Source of the DNA: Patescibacteria group bacterium | Lineage (GTDB): Bacteria; Patescibacteriota; Microgenomatia; UBA10105; UBA927 | Direction: 5' to 3' | DNA length: 64,000 bases | Assembly (NCBI GenBank): GCA_035510735.1 | Contig: DATKGN010000008.1 | Span: 76,466-140,465, forward strand | Shown here: positions 27,214-39,900 of the stretch, piece after piece | Layout: every line of letters starts with the position of its first letter | Numbering within the stretch: the stretch's first letter is position 1 | Notes under the pieces: model-generated | What the model saw: only the letters and a program-made list of their open reading frames with translations | What the model was told of the DNA's origin: nothing | Databases searched by the model: none | Translations under genes and position numbers: made by a program

Positions 27214-27919
27214 ACATAATAGGTACATTCGCCCAAGGCACGAGCTTCTCCGTATCATCATACTTCCCGTTATTATTCGCATCCTGGTACAAACGGATGA
27301 CGACAACTGCCTGACTCGTATTCCCCGGCATAATAGGGCTTGTTGGTTTATTCATGACCCAGGCAACAATTGAAGTCCACACATGAGTAACGGTCGATTG
27401 AAAACTTTTCCAGGAAAAGGCGGCAGATCGATATGCCACCCGACCGCCACCACTTGTTAATTTCATGGCAATATCAACGGTATTGATGCTCATCGCGCTC
27501 AGGGCCATCGTCCGCGAGGGCAATGTCATTGTCACACCTGCGACCGGCTGGGAAGCGATAGTATAGGTACCCGCAGGCACTTGCCCGATCGCGGTTCCGG
27601 TTATACCGGTCATCCCTTTGTAGCCGGTCCCGCTTAGGGTAATTGTACCGATAGATTCAACCATCCCGGCGGTTTGGGCCTTAAAAACGATATCGATAAG
27701 CTGCTGCGGAGTTAAATTTGCGGCATTGCTCGCCGTAATCGATTGGTTGGCCGACGCTTCTTCCTGAGCGATCGAATACAGAAGCGGGCTCACGGACTGA
27801 AGATCTGCGGCTTTTACCGTTTGAGCGCCATGGGGAGCTAAAAATAATAAAAACAGGATACCGAATCCAAACAGTACGAATAATTTCTTTATCGATTTCA
27901 TAGTTCCTCTATTCATCAT
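27194..27919 (-). CDS. Secreted protein with C-terminal SdrD-B/EF-hand-like Ca-binding motif, directly downstream of the giant gene
   Basis: Signal peptide MKSIKKLFVLFGFGILFLLFLAPHGAQTVKA|AD and C-terminal LYQDANNNGKYDDTE. Same strand as the giant ORF, 30 bp after its stop. Confidence 0.7.
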   Translation of the reverse strand: MMNRGTMKSIKKLFVLFGFGILFLLFLAPHGAQTVKAADLQSVSPLLYSIAQEEASANQSITASNAANLTPQQLIDIVFKAQTAGMVESIGTITLSGTGYKGMTGITGTAIGQVPAGTYTIASQPVAGVTMTLPSRTMALSAMSINTVDIAMKLTSGGGRVAYRSAAFSWKSFQSTVTHVWTSIVAWVMNKPTSPIMPGNTSQAVVVIRLYQDANNNGKYDDTEKLVPWANVPIMFTRVSP

Positions 27920-27949
27920 GCCAGGCTAATTCATATTTATCAACCAACA

Positions 27950-30900
27950 TTATTGCGCCCTCATACTATTTGGCATTACCTGCTTTCCGCACATTTTTTC
28001 CAGCTGTGGATTTGAACTATGTGAATCAAGCAACCTGTTCACCGTATATAAATCGTTTATTGCATAATAATCCGTCTCCAACTTGCGTAATCCCTGATAA
28101 CTTAATTCACCTGGATCGAAATATAGCTTCTGTATAAGGAAACTAACGACGTCGGGTGATACTTTATCCAGCAATGCAGACATCGTTACCACATGATATG
28201 GTGATCCCATACGGTCGCTCAAATTATAATCATAGTAGATATTATCAAGAAGACTCATGGAATTTGCATCACCGTTGTGAATGGCTGCATAAACCTCAGG
28301 ATGAGCCTGAACCAAAAGCTGGTTATAAGGCAGCGAGGTTGAAAACGTATCAAGAATATTTTTACTCATCCAATATTCATTCATATAATTATTCATCGTC
28401 TCATCGCTGGTGCCCCATTCACGTTCCCGGGCGGCATACTTATAAAAATCGGCTAAATCTGCCACACTGGCATTTATATTGCCATTATCTTGTTCTAAAA
28501 ACAGTTCAAGAACATGAGAGGATGAGGTTGGCGCACCGCTTGTTTGAGACTCTTGTTCTATAAAGGAGGAGAGCATATCAAAATAATTGCGTCTCTGATC
28601 CGTAAGATCGGTAAAATGCCCGCTTCCCTGCATCCCATATAATAATCTTCCTAAATCATGAGAACCGTTAGATTTTGCTAAATATAACAATCCCATAAAA
28701 TTACTAGGACTCGTCTTACCTAAATACATATCAGCATTTGCGCTCATTAAATTCGTTTTATACTGCAGGATACTTGCTAAATATTCCGGCGATACGGTAT
28801 CAATCGGATTTTGATTTTTTAGGTCTGAAGGGGAAATATCAATGGATTTCGTAACGAATGAATAAAAATCACTTGTTGAAGTATAGCCGCCGGAACGGTT
28901 CCAATAAACGGCATTTCCTGGATGTGCTTCTTTATACAAATTAATGGAATCCTGTATCGTTTGTGAAAACGGCTGATAATATTTATTCGTCACTGCCGGA
29001 ATGTTTCCCGGCCGTATCACATTATATGCATTTGCAATTACATCAATTGGAAGCGCCAGGAGTGACGGCAAATGCCCGATTCCACTTAATATATCAGATA
29101 TTGCGGGCTGCGCGTTACATTGCAGTGCATCAGATCTGGTTAATAAAAGGAGTAAAAACGCTAATGAGAGTCGTTTACGGCGCTCATCACCTGGCCCTCC
29201 AAATTCTTTTGTCATAAAACCCCGGACATCATCCGAATAATGTTTTATCCAAATAAAGTTCCCTATCCCACCTAACCCTGATGTAGCTTTGAACCCGACC
29301 CGAATGGATATTGAACAGTTTGTCCCAACACTCGTTCCATCCTGGGCATACACGCGGGAGACAAGAGGGTTATAGGAAAAACAATCAGGATTATTTACTT
29401 TACTCAAAAAGCTCTTCACTTTTTCCCACACTCTCTGGTACCATGGAGGCTGAGTAGCCGGCGGAACGTAATTGTTCGGCGCTAATGAAAATCCGGAAAA
29501 CTTAGATTGCACACCGCCCGGACCGGACATGGTATATGGTTCGTTGTTTTCCTGTACGAATCGGAGTCCCTGCGCAGTGAAGCGCCAGAAAGGTTCAGGG
29601 TGTTTTAGTTTTTCCGTACCTATCGGAATGTGATAATCCAAGTAACCAATCCGTATAAGTACGGCAAATAGGACATTATTCGGTTCTAACGTAAATACCG
29701 CACCCTCTTTCATAACAGAGCTAACATACAGATTCATCATGCTTATATCTGACTCACTTCTTTCAATACCAAACCCTTTGGGACCCAGGTCAGCTGCTAT
29801 TTTACCGATTGCCGACACTGCATTGACGATGTATGCGCTTGCCATATCACGGGCATCGGATTGATTCACAGCCCCGTACATCTCTGATGTTGAATATCTC
29901 GGATCAATAATAAAGTGACTAAGCTCTTGAACTTCGACATCAGATAACATTGGTCTTACGGCATCAATCAATGTGCGAAACGTCGTATGACCATGGAGGG
30001 GTTCAAAGACGTTAAGATTTCCCAGATTAGAAGCAGGGATACCCGCGGGCATGATTCCAATCCGGTTGATACCTTTCCAAAATTCTTGTAAGAGTTCCCT
30101 TATTCCGTATGTTGTAGTAGACGGATTAATCGGTTGCGCCGAATTTTGCACATTTAACGGAACGAGCGGAGCCACCAGGGCTTGTGTATAAATACGCTCC
30201 CGTTCGATCGCCCATTGTTCGTCTTCCGGTACAAAACCGCGGAATTGACCGCTCGTCATATAGGCATTCAAGAGCAACGTTATTTGTTCATTGGTCAACA
30301 CGCCCGTTTTCTCGAAGATCCGACGCAACGTTCCGGTCAAAAAGCCTGGGTGTCTATCTTTTTTCACAGGATCGATACTTAAGAGCCAATTTTCTAAACC
30401 GGACGTCGGATTATCTATTCCTGTCCGATAATCAAGAAGGAGAAATTTTTCCCAAAGCGAAAAATTTGAAAGATCGGCGCGGGATAATTTTATGGTCGCA
30501 TCATCAGATGTTGCGTAATTTTCCGCAGCGCTCCTCGGGATACCGGAAAGTAACGCCAAGCGGATGGTGTGAAGCCTATCATAGCTGGTAGATGTATCCC
30601 ATTCACTAGGATTGTCCGTAAGCCACTCTTTTGGATCCGCAAGCGATTCCTCAGGGAAAACTCCTGTATTTGCCGGTGCGCGGATAACCTTTCCTGCTGC
30701 TTGAAAATTCAGAAGCGAATATTGTCCGTTTGCGTGCCGCACAACTCCATAGGTCGGATTCTTCCCTATTGCAGCAATAAGTAGCGCTCTATCCTCCGAT
30801 GAAAGCTTATTCATCCAGATGGTAAATTGTGTACTATCTTCAGGGTAATAACCGGCGTAGACTTTACGGACATTGTCAGTTTTCGTAATGACACTCTTTA

Positions 30901-33900
30901 CCTCGTCGGGCAAGCGGGAAAGAAGCTGATCATACGCACGTAAACCCTCCTTGGCATTTGCCAAATCTATGGGCAACGCGGACACATCCACTCCTCCAGA
31001 TGACTTTGGCGCGGGTGAAGGTTGGCTTGAATTAGGAAGTATAATTCGCAAGCCTCCCAGTACCCCACGCCGCCACCACGGAAGCCGTATGATAAGACTA
31101 CCTAGATACCGCTCCCATGATTGATATTTTGCAACATCGGTAGTTGTCGTGATTGGCGCTGTCGGGGTCAGTTTCATGAGCTGGGTCATCTCCGTATTGG
31201 TCACGCCATATTGCTGAATTAACCGAAGCGCTCCTCGGGTATCAGATGGATCAAGTCGTCCGCGCAAGTATTCCCATTCGTACGGCTCGCGTGCAAGTGG
31301 CGTACCGATCACATCAAAGAAGTATGCGCGCGTCTGTCGGGCATCATCCAATGCATTTGCCGTATCCAATGTACTGATAACCCCCTCAAGCCGGCTTAGA
31401 TTTACAGCGTCTGATTGATCCAAGCCGGTTGGCACCAGATCCATAATCGCTGAGGACACCGTCGGGCGGACGAGATATTTCTTCCCTCCTTTTTCAATAT
31501 ACGGAAGCTGGGTTAAGAAATACGACCGTAATTCTTCCAAATCACGTGCCTGACTCGCGTCCAAAAGTACGTACATATCGTTCGCTGCCTCGCGTTTTAT
31601 GAAAATATTTTTTACCCCCCACCGGTGGAAGAGAAATTGGGCATATTTTTCAAACTGCATCTGTATCACTTCGTCCCCTGCAGCATCCCCAAAATCGGTA
31701 TTAAAAGGCTTTATGAGCTGTCCGATGCTGAGGCGTACTACCAACAGTTTTGTCGGATGGGTGGCAATGCGGGATGATAAAATAGCATCAAACCGATCCG
31801 CAAACGCGGTAACGGTGACTGACTGGTCGCCCGACTCCGCGCGGAATGATTTTTCAAGATCCTGTGCTTTTTTATCCAGTACATCATCAACCAAAATTGA
31901 AGCCGCCAGTTGCTTAAGAAAATCCCGTATCGTCGGCCCGCCAAACGTTGATCCCATCTTCTGCTGTATCTCATCTGTGAGGAGGGTAAACAAACTATGC
32001 TGCTTTCCGATGCGATCAAGATCGGCAGGCGTATACGGCCAAGCTCTCTGGTCGGGCTGCAACACTTTTTCCATCGTCGTTAAGTCAGCTAAGCCCACCC
32101 CGTCTTCATCTTGAGGCGCCGGCACATACGGTGCAAAATGAACATCTATGGGTTTTTTGACAACGTTACCCCCTTCACGATACAACATCGGAAGGAGTTT
32201 CAATTGCTCGGTAACACTAGCCTCAACCTCCGCTGTAGACGTATTCTCCGGCCCGATGATGCCGTACGTATCGCCCTTGAGACGGACGATAGAAAAACCC
32301 GGACCTAGCGCTTTTTGTATGCCGTAGACGATAAGCCGAAGCGCATAATTCCCAAGCACACTCTGCCCGCCGTTGGCGTTCATCACCTGATTGATACTAT
32401 AAATCGTTTTGCCATCGATCGTGGTTATTATCTGTTTACCGGGCCCAAGAACAATCGGCAATGAACTCGAGCGCCATACTGGTTGCGGTATGCCGTCGGC
32501 ATCGTCAAGCATCTGCAGGAAGGCAGCGTCGACGAGTGGTCTTGCATCCGGCGGAAAATCCTCAATCGTCAGATGTGCAATCGATTGTTGGTGGAGCCGG
32601 TCGTAAAATCGTTCCGTGAAGAACGACAGGATGTCTGGGTGAGAGACCAGTTGCGCCACAATGCTTTGCCGCATCATTACGCGCGTCTTATCATCTAGAT
32701 ATGCATAATTGTTCAAAAATCCGTCAGCAATCGCCTCTGCCACCTGTCTTTGTTGCTCTACCAGAACGAGAGCTGCTTTCGGATCGGTATTTTGCGGTGG
32801 TGTGGGCGGATTAGATCGAGCTGGATTTTGAAACGGACCTGGTTGAACGATCGTCCTTGCGCCCGCAAACGTTAAACTGTTTTGCACGCTTTCCGGCACT
32901 ATTGACTGTACTAATGCCGACGTGCGATCGAAGAGATATTGCCACGTGCCGGGTTGAGTAAGAGCATATATTGAAGATGTAGCCACCCGCGGTAAACCTG
33001 GTATCCATGTCCAAAGTGGCGCGATCCAGTTTCCTAAAAATAAAAGACTATGTTGGACGAACGGAATCGCGCCGAAACCGAAATTCGCCCCTCCCGCCGG
33101 ATAGAGCACATCTAAATCATCGACCGATTTACTGATAAGGGTTATTAAATCCGCAACAGCCGCCACTTGTTGGTCCTTGGTAAATGCGTTGTATCTGGCG
33201 GGGTTGTTATCGACGATAAATTGCAGCACCTCGTCCTGGACTGATCCGGCAGGGAGAATGGACAATAGTTCATTTGCCACGCTTTGCATCTTCGTAATAT
33301 TCAGCTTTGAGCTCGTCATCGTCTGCAGGAACAGCGGAAACAGTTTGTCTCCTTCGAATCGGTATATATCTCGTAGGGTTGCGTTGACACCGGCCCTAAA
33401 GCCCTCTCGCTCAACGCGTAGTTCAAACGGATCTTCAAGTGTCGGCCACGAAAGATAATCTTGAATATCTGTACCCGCGTTTTCAAATTCTTTCTTCTTA
33501 TCCGGCACGATTTCCTGTGCTCGCAGTAATACGTTTTTAGCCCGATTACTTAGACTCGACATCGCCGTCGCATCCTCGGGAATTATGTTATAGCCTGCGC
33601 CCGAGAATATATTTCCGAATGCCGCCTGCTTTTCAGATTGGATTTGCGCTTCGGTAACATCGCGGAATGCTGCGACCGTAACTCTTCTCCCCTCATCCAT
33701 TGCAATATATTTAAGCGCTAACTCAGCTAAACCCTGTAATTCCCTTACTCTTTGTAATTTCTGACTATCATTTAAATCGCTATAGGGCCTTATTTTATAA
33801 CTTTCGAGTACATTATTTATATTTGTTTGAAAATCCTGAGGGTACTGTGGCAACTCAAATGATAAGGCAACGTACATGTTGGTCACAATTTGCGGATCTA

Positions 33901-36900
33901 TTGATGGTGAATTTATATACGCGCGGATCGTCTGAATAATAGATTGTGCCGTTTCCGTATTATTTTCAGGTAGGAGAGGCGGGATCTTCGGTGCGGCGAT
34001 GGGCTGCGGTTTGACGGGCTGCGGCGCATTCCCAACCGCACCCGGAACAAGGTCCTTGCCGTCTACGAGCATCACAGCGTTATTCAGATCATACTTTCGA
34101 GCCCAAATGTCACCGACAAGAATTGATTCGGTCGTAGGAACGCGTATTTGAGGATCTAGAATTGCCATAAATTGACTGACATGGCCAACCGACTTCCCCT
34201 CCTCGGTTATCACACCATACCAACCGGCGAGTGGAAGCTCCATTTCTTTCTTCTTTCCAAGGCGCCCATTTATGATTTCCGTCGCCATTATCTTTTGTCC
34301 GGGCGTGAGTGTAATACAGGGGAGTTTACCGTTCTGGGCAAAAACGGATGGAATCAGTCCAATTGGGGTATCACAACCGACAGTTGCTGTGGTATTTGTT
34401 TGAGCTTGAAGCGCCGCTTTCTTCTCTTCAGCGGCTCGTTTTTGTACGTATGTTTCAAAGTCAAAATATTGTGCAAAATTATAGTCGTTATCAGCGGCTT
34501 GACCGGCTACGGCGAGCATATTTGTATTACCCCAGTCAAAAATGACAAGCGTCCCATCATCCTGGTATCCCATCTGGTCCAGGCGTACATCACCGGCTTT
34601 TAGCGTATTACCCATAAAATCCAAAAGCTCCCGTACCCGCACAATATCTTCTTCCTTACGGATGCCGTATGGTAAGAGTAATGCTTTAATTTCCTGATCT
34701 GCTATGGCAGCATCGGGTACATACCTATGAACATCTGCGATGGACTTCACAAGCTCGTCTATGGGTCCAAACGATTTCAAAGGCACTACCCGGGCTTCCC
34801 TGATATACTTCGTATCTGCGGTTGTATCTGCCACCATGCCCCATCCGGTCACCCTGGCCAGGTTCTTGCGAAATTGCGGGAAAAATAGCCATATATACGC
34901 CTCCGTTATCGTTTCTACACTGGTATCAACCTTTATAACTTCTGCGTTTTTCAAATCATATGTTTGACGACCCGAAGTAGCGGGCGATAATCGGGCAAGT
35001 GGAACAGAGTCATAATACAATTGGTTACTTCGCTGAGTCGCACTATGGACGTCGGGTTGGATATAGAGAGTAACAAGTTGATCAATAGTCTGCCGAATAG
35101 ATTGTTTCGCCTGTTCGTCAAGTCCCTGATGACTTGCGACCATGAGCGCATCCAAAAATGCCGAAGAGGAAAGGGTAACACTCGAAGGCGCATTCGTTAT
35201 AACTGGAACAACATGCATGGTTTGGTTTGCGTCTATATTGACGCGCCAAAAGCCCGACGGCGTCTCAATCAAATCGTTATTCTTTATATGGATTGGTTCT
35301 GATGTATGGGTAATAACCGGAACCCCGTTTATCCAAACATCCTTACTTCGTTGAGTCGAGGATATTATCCAATCTGCCTTCTTACCGGCCCCGACATAGT
35401 CCGTCTGAAGCAAATATCCAGGCTCAACATATGGACGTATTTCTGTTAATTGGCTATTTAGCCAATACTGACCGTCTGCAAAAATCTTGGTTTGCCGTTT
35501 GGGGTCAGGCTTATCGGCAAGCACTGGAGGCTGATTCTGAGCTTGGCCCCCTACGACATCTTCCCCCCACACCTGTATGATGGGTTGGTTGGATAATCCC
35601 GAAGAAATATCAATTTGTTCATCAGCGGCAACGGTGGGCTGGGTTCCGAATCTCCAGGCGAACCAATTCTTTACCTTGTCCCCTACTTTCCACCATCGAC
35701 CCGCGATCGGAACGGTCATGTCGGTTGCTGTAGGGGCAACAACGCCGTTTTGATCGATCGCATAGGCTTTATACCTATTCCCAGGCTTAAGCGCACAGGA
35801 TGGCGTTTGGGCAAATACGACACCGAAAAGGTTGAATGAGAAGGGCGAACAATTACCTAACGCACTCTGATCTGTTATGGTTGACGAAAACCATGGTAAC
35901 TTATTTTCAGAAACTTTAATCCACCCCCGAAGCTCCTGATCGTCTTTCAATGGACCGGTTTGTGTATCACTCCACTCCCACCTCCGAACCGAAAAGTCTA
36001 AAAATGGGGTTAATCGGTATATCAGGCGCTTTATTGATGTTAATACACGCACTACCGGATTTTGCTGGGCTAAGTTATCAACGATTCGAATGGCATGCGC
36101 CGACGGATACAAGACAATAATTTGATTTGTATCCGTACTTCCGGGAGTGGCTTCAAACTCTTTAGTTGCTAGAGCAATACCTTCAGCAGCAAATATACGC
36201 CGGGCGTCTTCCAAATGGGTCAATATTGCTTCATACCAATGAATATTATTTGGATCGAATGCGCCAACTCCGAAGATAACCATTGCTTTCACAATCACAA
36301 AATGAAGTGCGTGGAACTGAACGAGTGGACTGACTAAACCAGTAAACACTACGTCGCGCAAGAAGCTAATTGACGGAAGAAGATAACGTGCCAAGGTCAC
36401 ACCTGTAGTTAATACGCCAATATCATCTCCCCTCATAGCCATATAAAGGGGTTTATTGGCAATATCTGTAGCCAGAAGTGGTTTATGAACATCTCGGGCT
36501 ATATTTGAAACAGACCGATCAAAACGAAAACGTGAATCCTCAACCAGGGCTGAGCCATATATCGACTGAACAAGGCCTGTTTGCAAGCTTGGTAATACGT
36601 CCGGCCCCACATATTCATCCACAATAGCTTTTGTACGTTGGTTACGTATATACGCCTCGATAATAGGATCAACAAAACTCCCATACGTGTCATGATTCGC
36701 GCTAATCACTGTTACATCCACCCCATTTATGGTTACAATCTGAACTTTATCGCGTATAAACTGTTCTAGATCTGCTTCGGTGAATTTTCCCTGCGATAAT
36801 TCGATCGCAAAATCATGTTTAGCTTTATCGAGAATCTGTTGATATTCGAGTGCTCCGGGAGATCGTTTAAGCAGTTGACCTGGAACAACCCTCCCGGGAA

Positions 36901-39900
36901 TCTGTTTCAAGGTTTCAGGAGCACCAACTGCCTCAAGTGCAACATTAGCTACTAATTCTGGCCGTATATAGAGATTTTGACTTTCAGCCGCACCGTAAAA
37001 CTTCTTAGTAAATGTAAACACTGCTTTCCGCAAATCAGAATACTCCGGGGAATTTGCAACATCAATTCTCGTGACGAACGAATGGTTTGCTACAGCATTT
37101 GCTAGTTTACTCAACGCGGATACCATTGCTTTTCCCGTTGAATCATCTAAATATTCTGGATCGATTTTTTTGCTATCAGGATCATCTATCACATCTGCCG
37201 CAGTCAATTGTTCCCTAAGTAAATTTTGGTCAATAACGTTGGTTTGAGACGTAGATAGAAGAGGTAAATGCTGATATCGCGTAACAATTGTAGTAACGAC
37301 CAAGGATATAACGATTTCCATTTGGTCCGGCGGTCCTCGCTCCGTATCCGACATGAGACCATATTGATTTTCAACTATCCGTCGAACTTCTTGAGGTGCA
37401 TTCACAGAGGTAAAATCAATTTGATCAAGTTCGGTTATACGTTTTGTTAACACAGCCTGTTGAACCACCTGAACCGGATCTTGAACCTGCGGTTTGGGTT
37501 GGATTTGAGAAATTGCTCGCACTGGTTCTTGACCCGTCCCCAAATCTCCTCCATCCACCTGCATAATTGGTTGATTGGATAATCCTGAGGAAATGTCAAT
37601 TTGTTCATCAGCGGCAACGGTGGGCTGGGTTCCGAATCTCCAGGCGAACCAATTCTTTACCTTGTCCCCTACTTTCCACCATCGTCCCGCGATAGGAACG
37701 GTCATCATTGTCCCCGTCGGGGCAACCGTGCCATCCTGATCGATTGCATGGGCTTTATACCTACCCCCCGGCTGAAGCGCACACGATGGCGTTTGGGCAA
37801 AAACAAGGCCGAAGAAGCTTTCAGTTGGAATACATGAGTCATTACTCAGCGCATGCCTTGCAAAGATAGCTTTCAATCTCCTCATTTTTAAAGGACTCCA
37901 CTGACTACTGTTAAGAATATTCCACACTTCATTTGAGTCATCTCCAACAACCCGTTCAAGTAATTGGAAAAAATCAGCCTCGTGACCCGGTGCAGCAAAA
38001 TATGAATGGCCAAAGGCAATCTGAGCGCTTCCGGGCGGCAATCCCGCAAGCTGATCAACCGAAGTCAGTACGTATTCAATTGGACCATGACTTCGAAAAT
38101 ACCCGACAATAACTGACTCTAAATGAAGTAATATATAGCTTACCTTTTTATATAAAGAAGCATGTTGGACTGCTTCCTCATGGAAATAATCCGTAAAGGT
38201 CTCATTTGGTAAATTATTAGTAAAATTTATCCGAAATTGATTACTTACTACACTTGCATGTGTAAGCTCGTGTTGAATGGCTGCTGGAATGGTAAAAGGT
38301 TGTATCCCTAATAATACAGTATCTGGTATCAATGTAAGTGGATTCGGGGGGGCTCGAAAGGCATAAAAATATAAAAAGGCAGTAGCTGGGAAAATACTTA
38401 CCCTAACTGCCCCACTCGAATTATTGCTATACCCACTCATCAAAGACGTCAGAAAAAATATGGGAATGTAAAGTACGCGATATTTTGTTTTTTCCCAAAA
38501 CGTTGATGAATTATCCCGAGCTATAGTATTTTCCAGTGTCCTATGAAACATAGAAATAGTTTTCACTACAAAACTAATTGGGTCATCGATAGTGGCAGTC
38601 CGAATAATTGTAGGGAGCAGCAATTTGGGCAACCCATATTTCCTCTGCGCGCCAATAAAATCCGAGTACGCTTCCCGACGATATAATCCGGATATTAATC
38701 CGCTACTTCGCAGATCATTATTGATCACATCCGTTGGAACTCCTTCTTGTGCGGCAACCCATCCATCCATAATTCGCTGATCGAATCGCTCATATATTTC
38801 TATTTCCTTCCTTTGATCTTCGGTAACATATTGCGCGCCGTACCACTTTGTTGTCATACGAGTTGAGATCAGACTCTGATCAATCCACGGAATGAGAGAC
38901 TTATATTTCTCCATTTCCCGTCTTAATGTATCTTTTTCCGCTTGAGTCCTTGGTGTTACCTTTTGTGTTTGATTTAATATAGTTATCAACTCATCAATCG
39001 TTGGCCTCTCAGTTTCTGGACTGACTTCTGTGGCCACGCTATTACGCAATACAGTTTCAAGGTGAGATTGCTGATGAGGTATAACAGGAAAACCCTCTAA
39101 TAGACTTGTCAGATTTATTAGTTCCGGTGTCATTTTCGCAGCGAACATTATTTTGGCTATTTCTTGTTCGATGGTTCTCGTCGGGCTTGAAGCTAATCCC
39201 GAAGGAAATAATGCTGAATTCTCTTCAATTACGGCCGTTACCGCTTTTATGTTAACCAAAATATATGTTCCTTTACTGCTTGTTAATAACAATACTCCTA
39301 AATATTTTTTGAAATATGATTGTAATTGTTGAAGCTGATCTTGAGAAAAATCAATGGAGTTATTCATATATCCGACAGGAATTAATCCTGTAGCGACACG
39401 TATAAATGTGGTGTAATCTAATGACTTGCGGGTTTCCAATGGAAGTGAATCAAGTAATTGTTGAAATGATTGTAAACCCTGCATGACACTTTCTTCGGTT
39501 ATATATTTCGGTTTTACACCGCTTTTTTGAAACTCCGACACCGCGTTTTGGACAGAATTTTCTACAATAGACCAATCTATATAATCTGATGAATTTTCTT
39601 TTGTCGATGTTGTATTAGGTTGCGCTTCGGCGGTTATTCCGGAGGCATCTATCGCGGTGATGATAGGTGCATCCATCGCAGCCTCAACTATCGGTTCCGC
39701 CGCATCAATAATGTGTCCGACAACACAGCCTGCACCACCCACCGTGCCTCCCGCCGCATATACCGCCGGAACGAGATGCATCGCACCAACGCCGCACGCT
39801 TGCCGCCTAATAGCTTTGGCTTTTTGTCTTATATAATCTTTTGCCGGAAGCGCTACGTTACGAAGTGGTTGTCCTGCACGAACTGCGGCAAGGGCAATAG

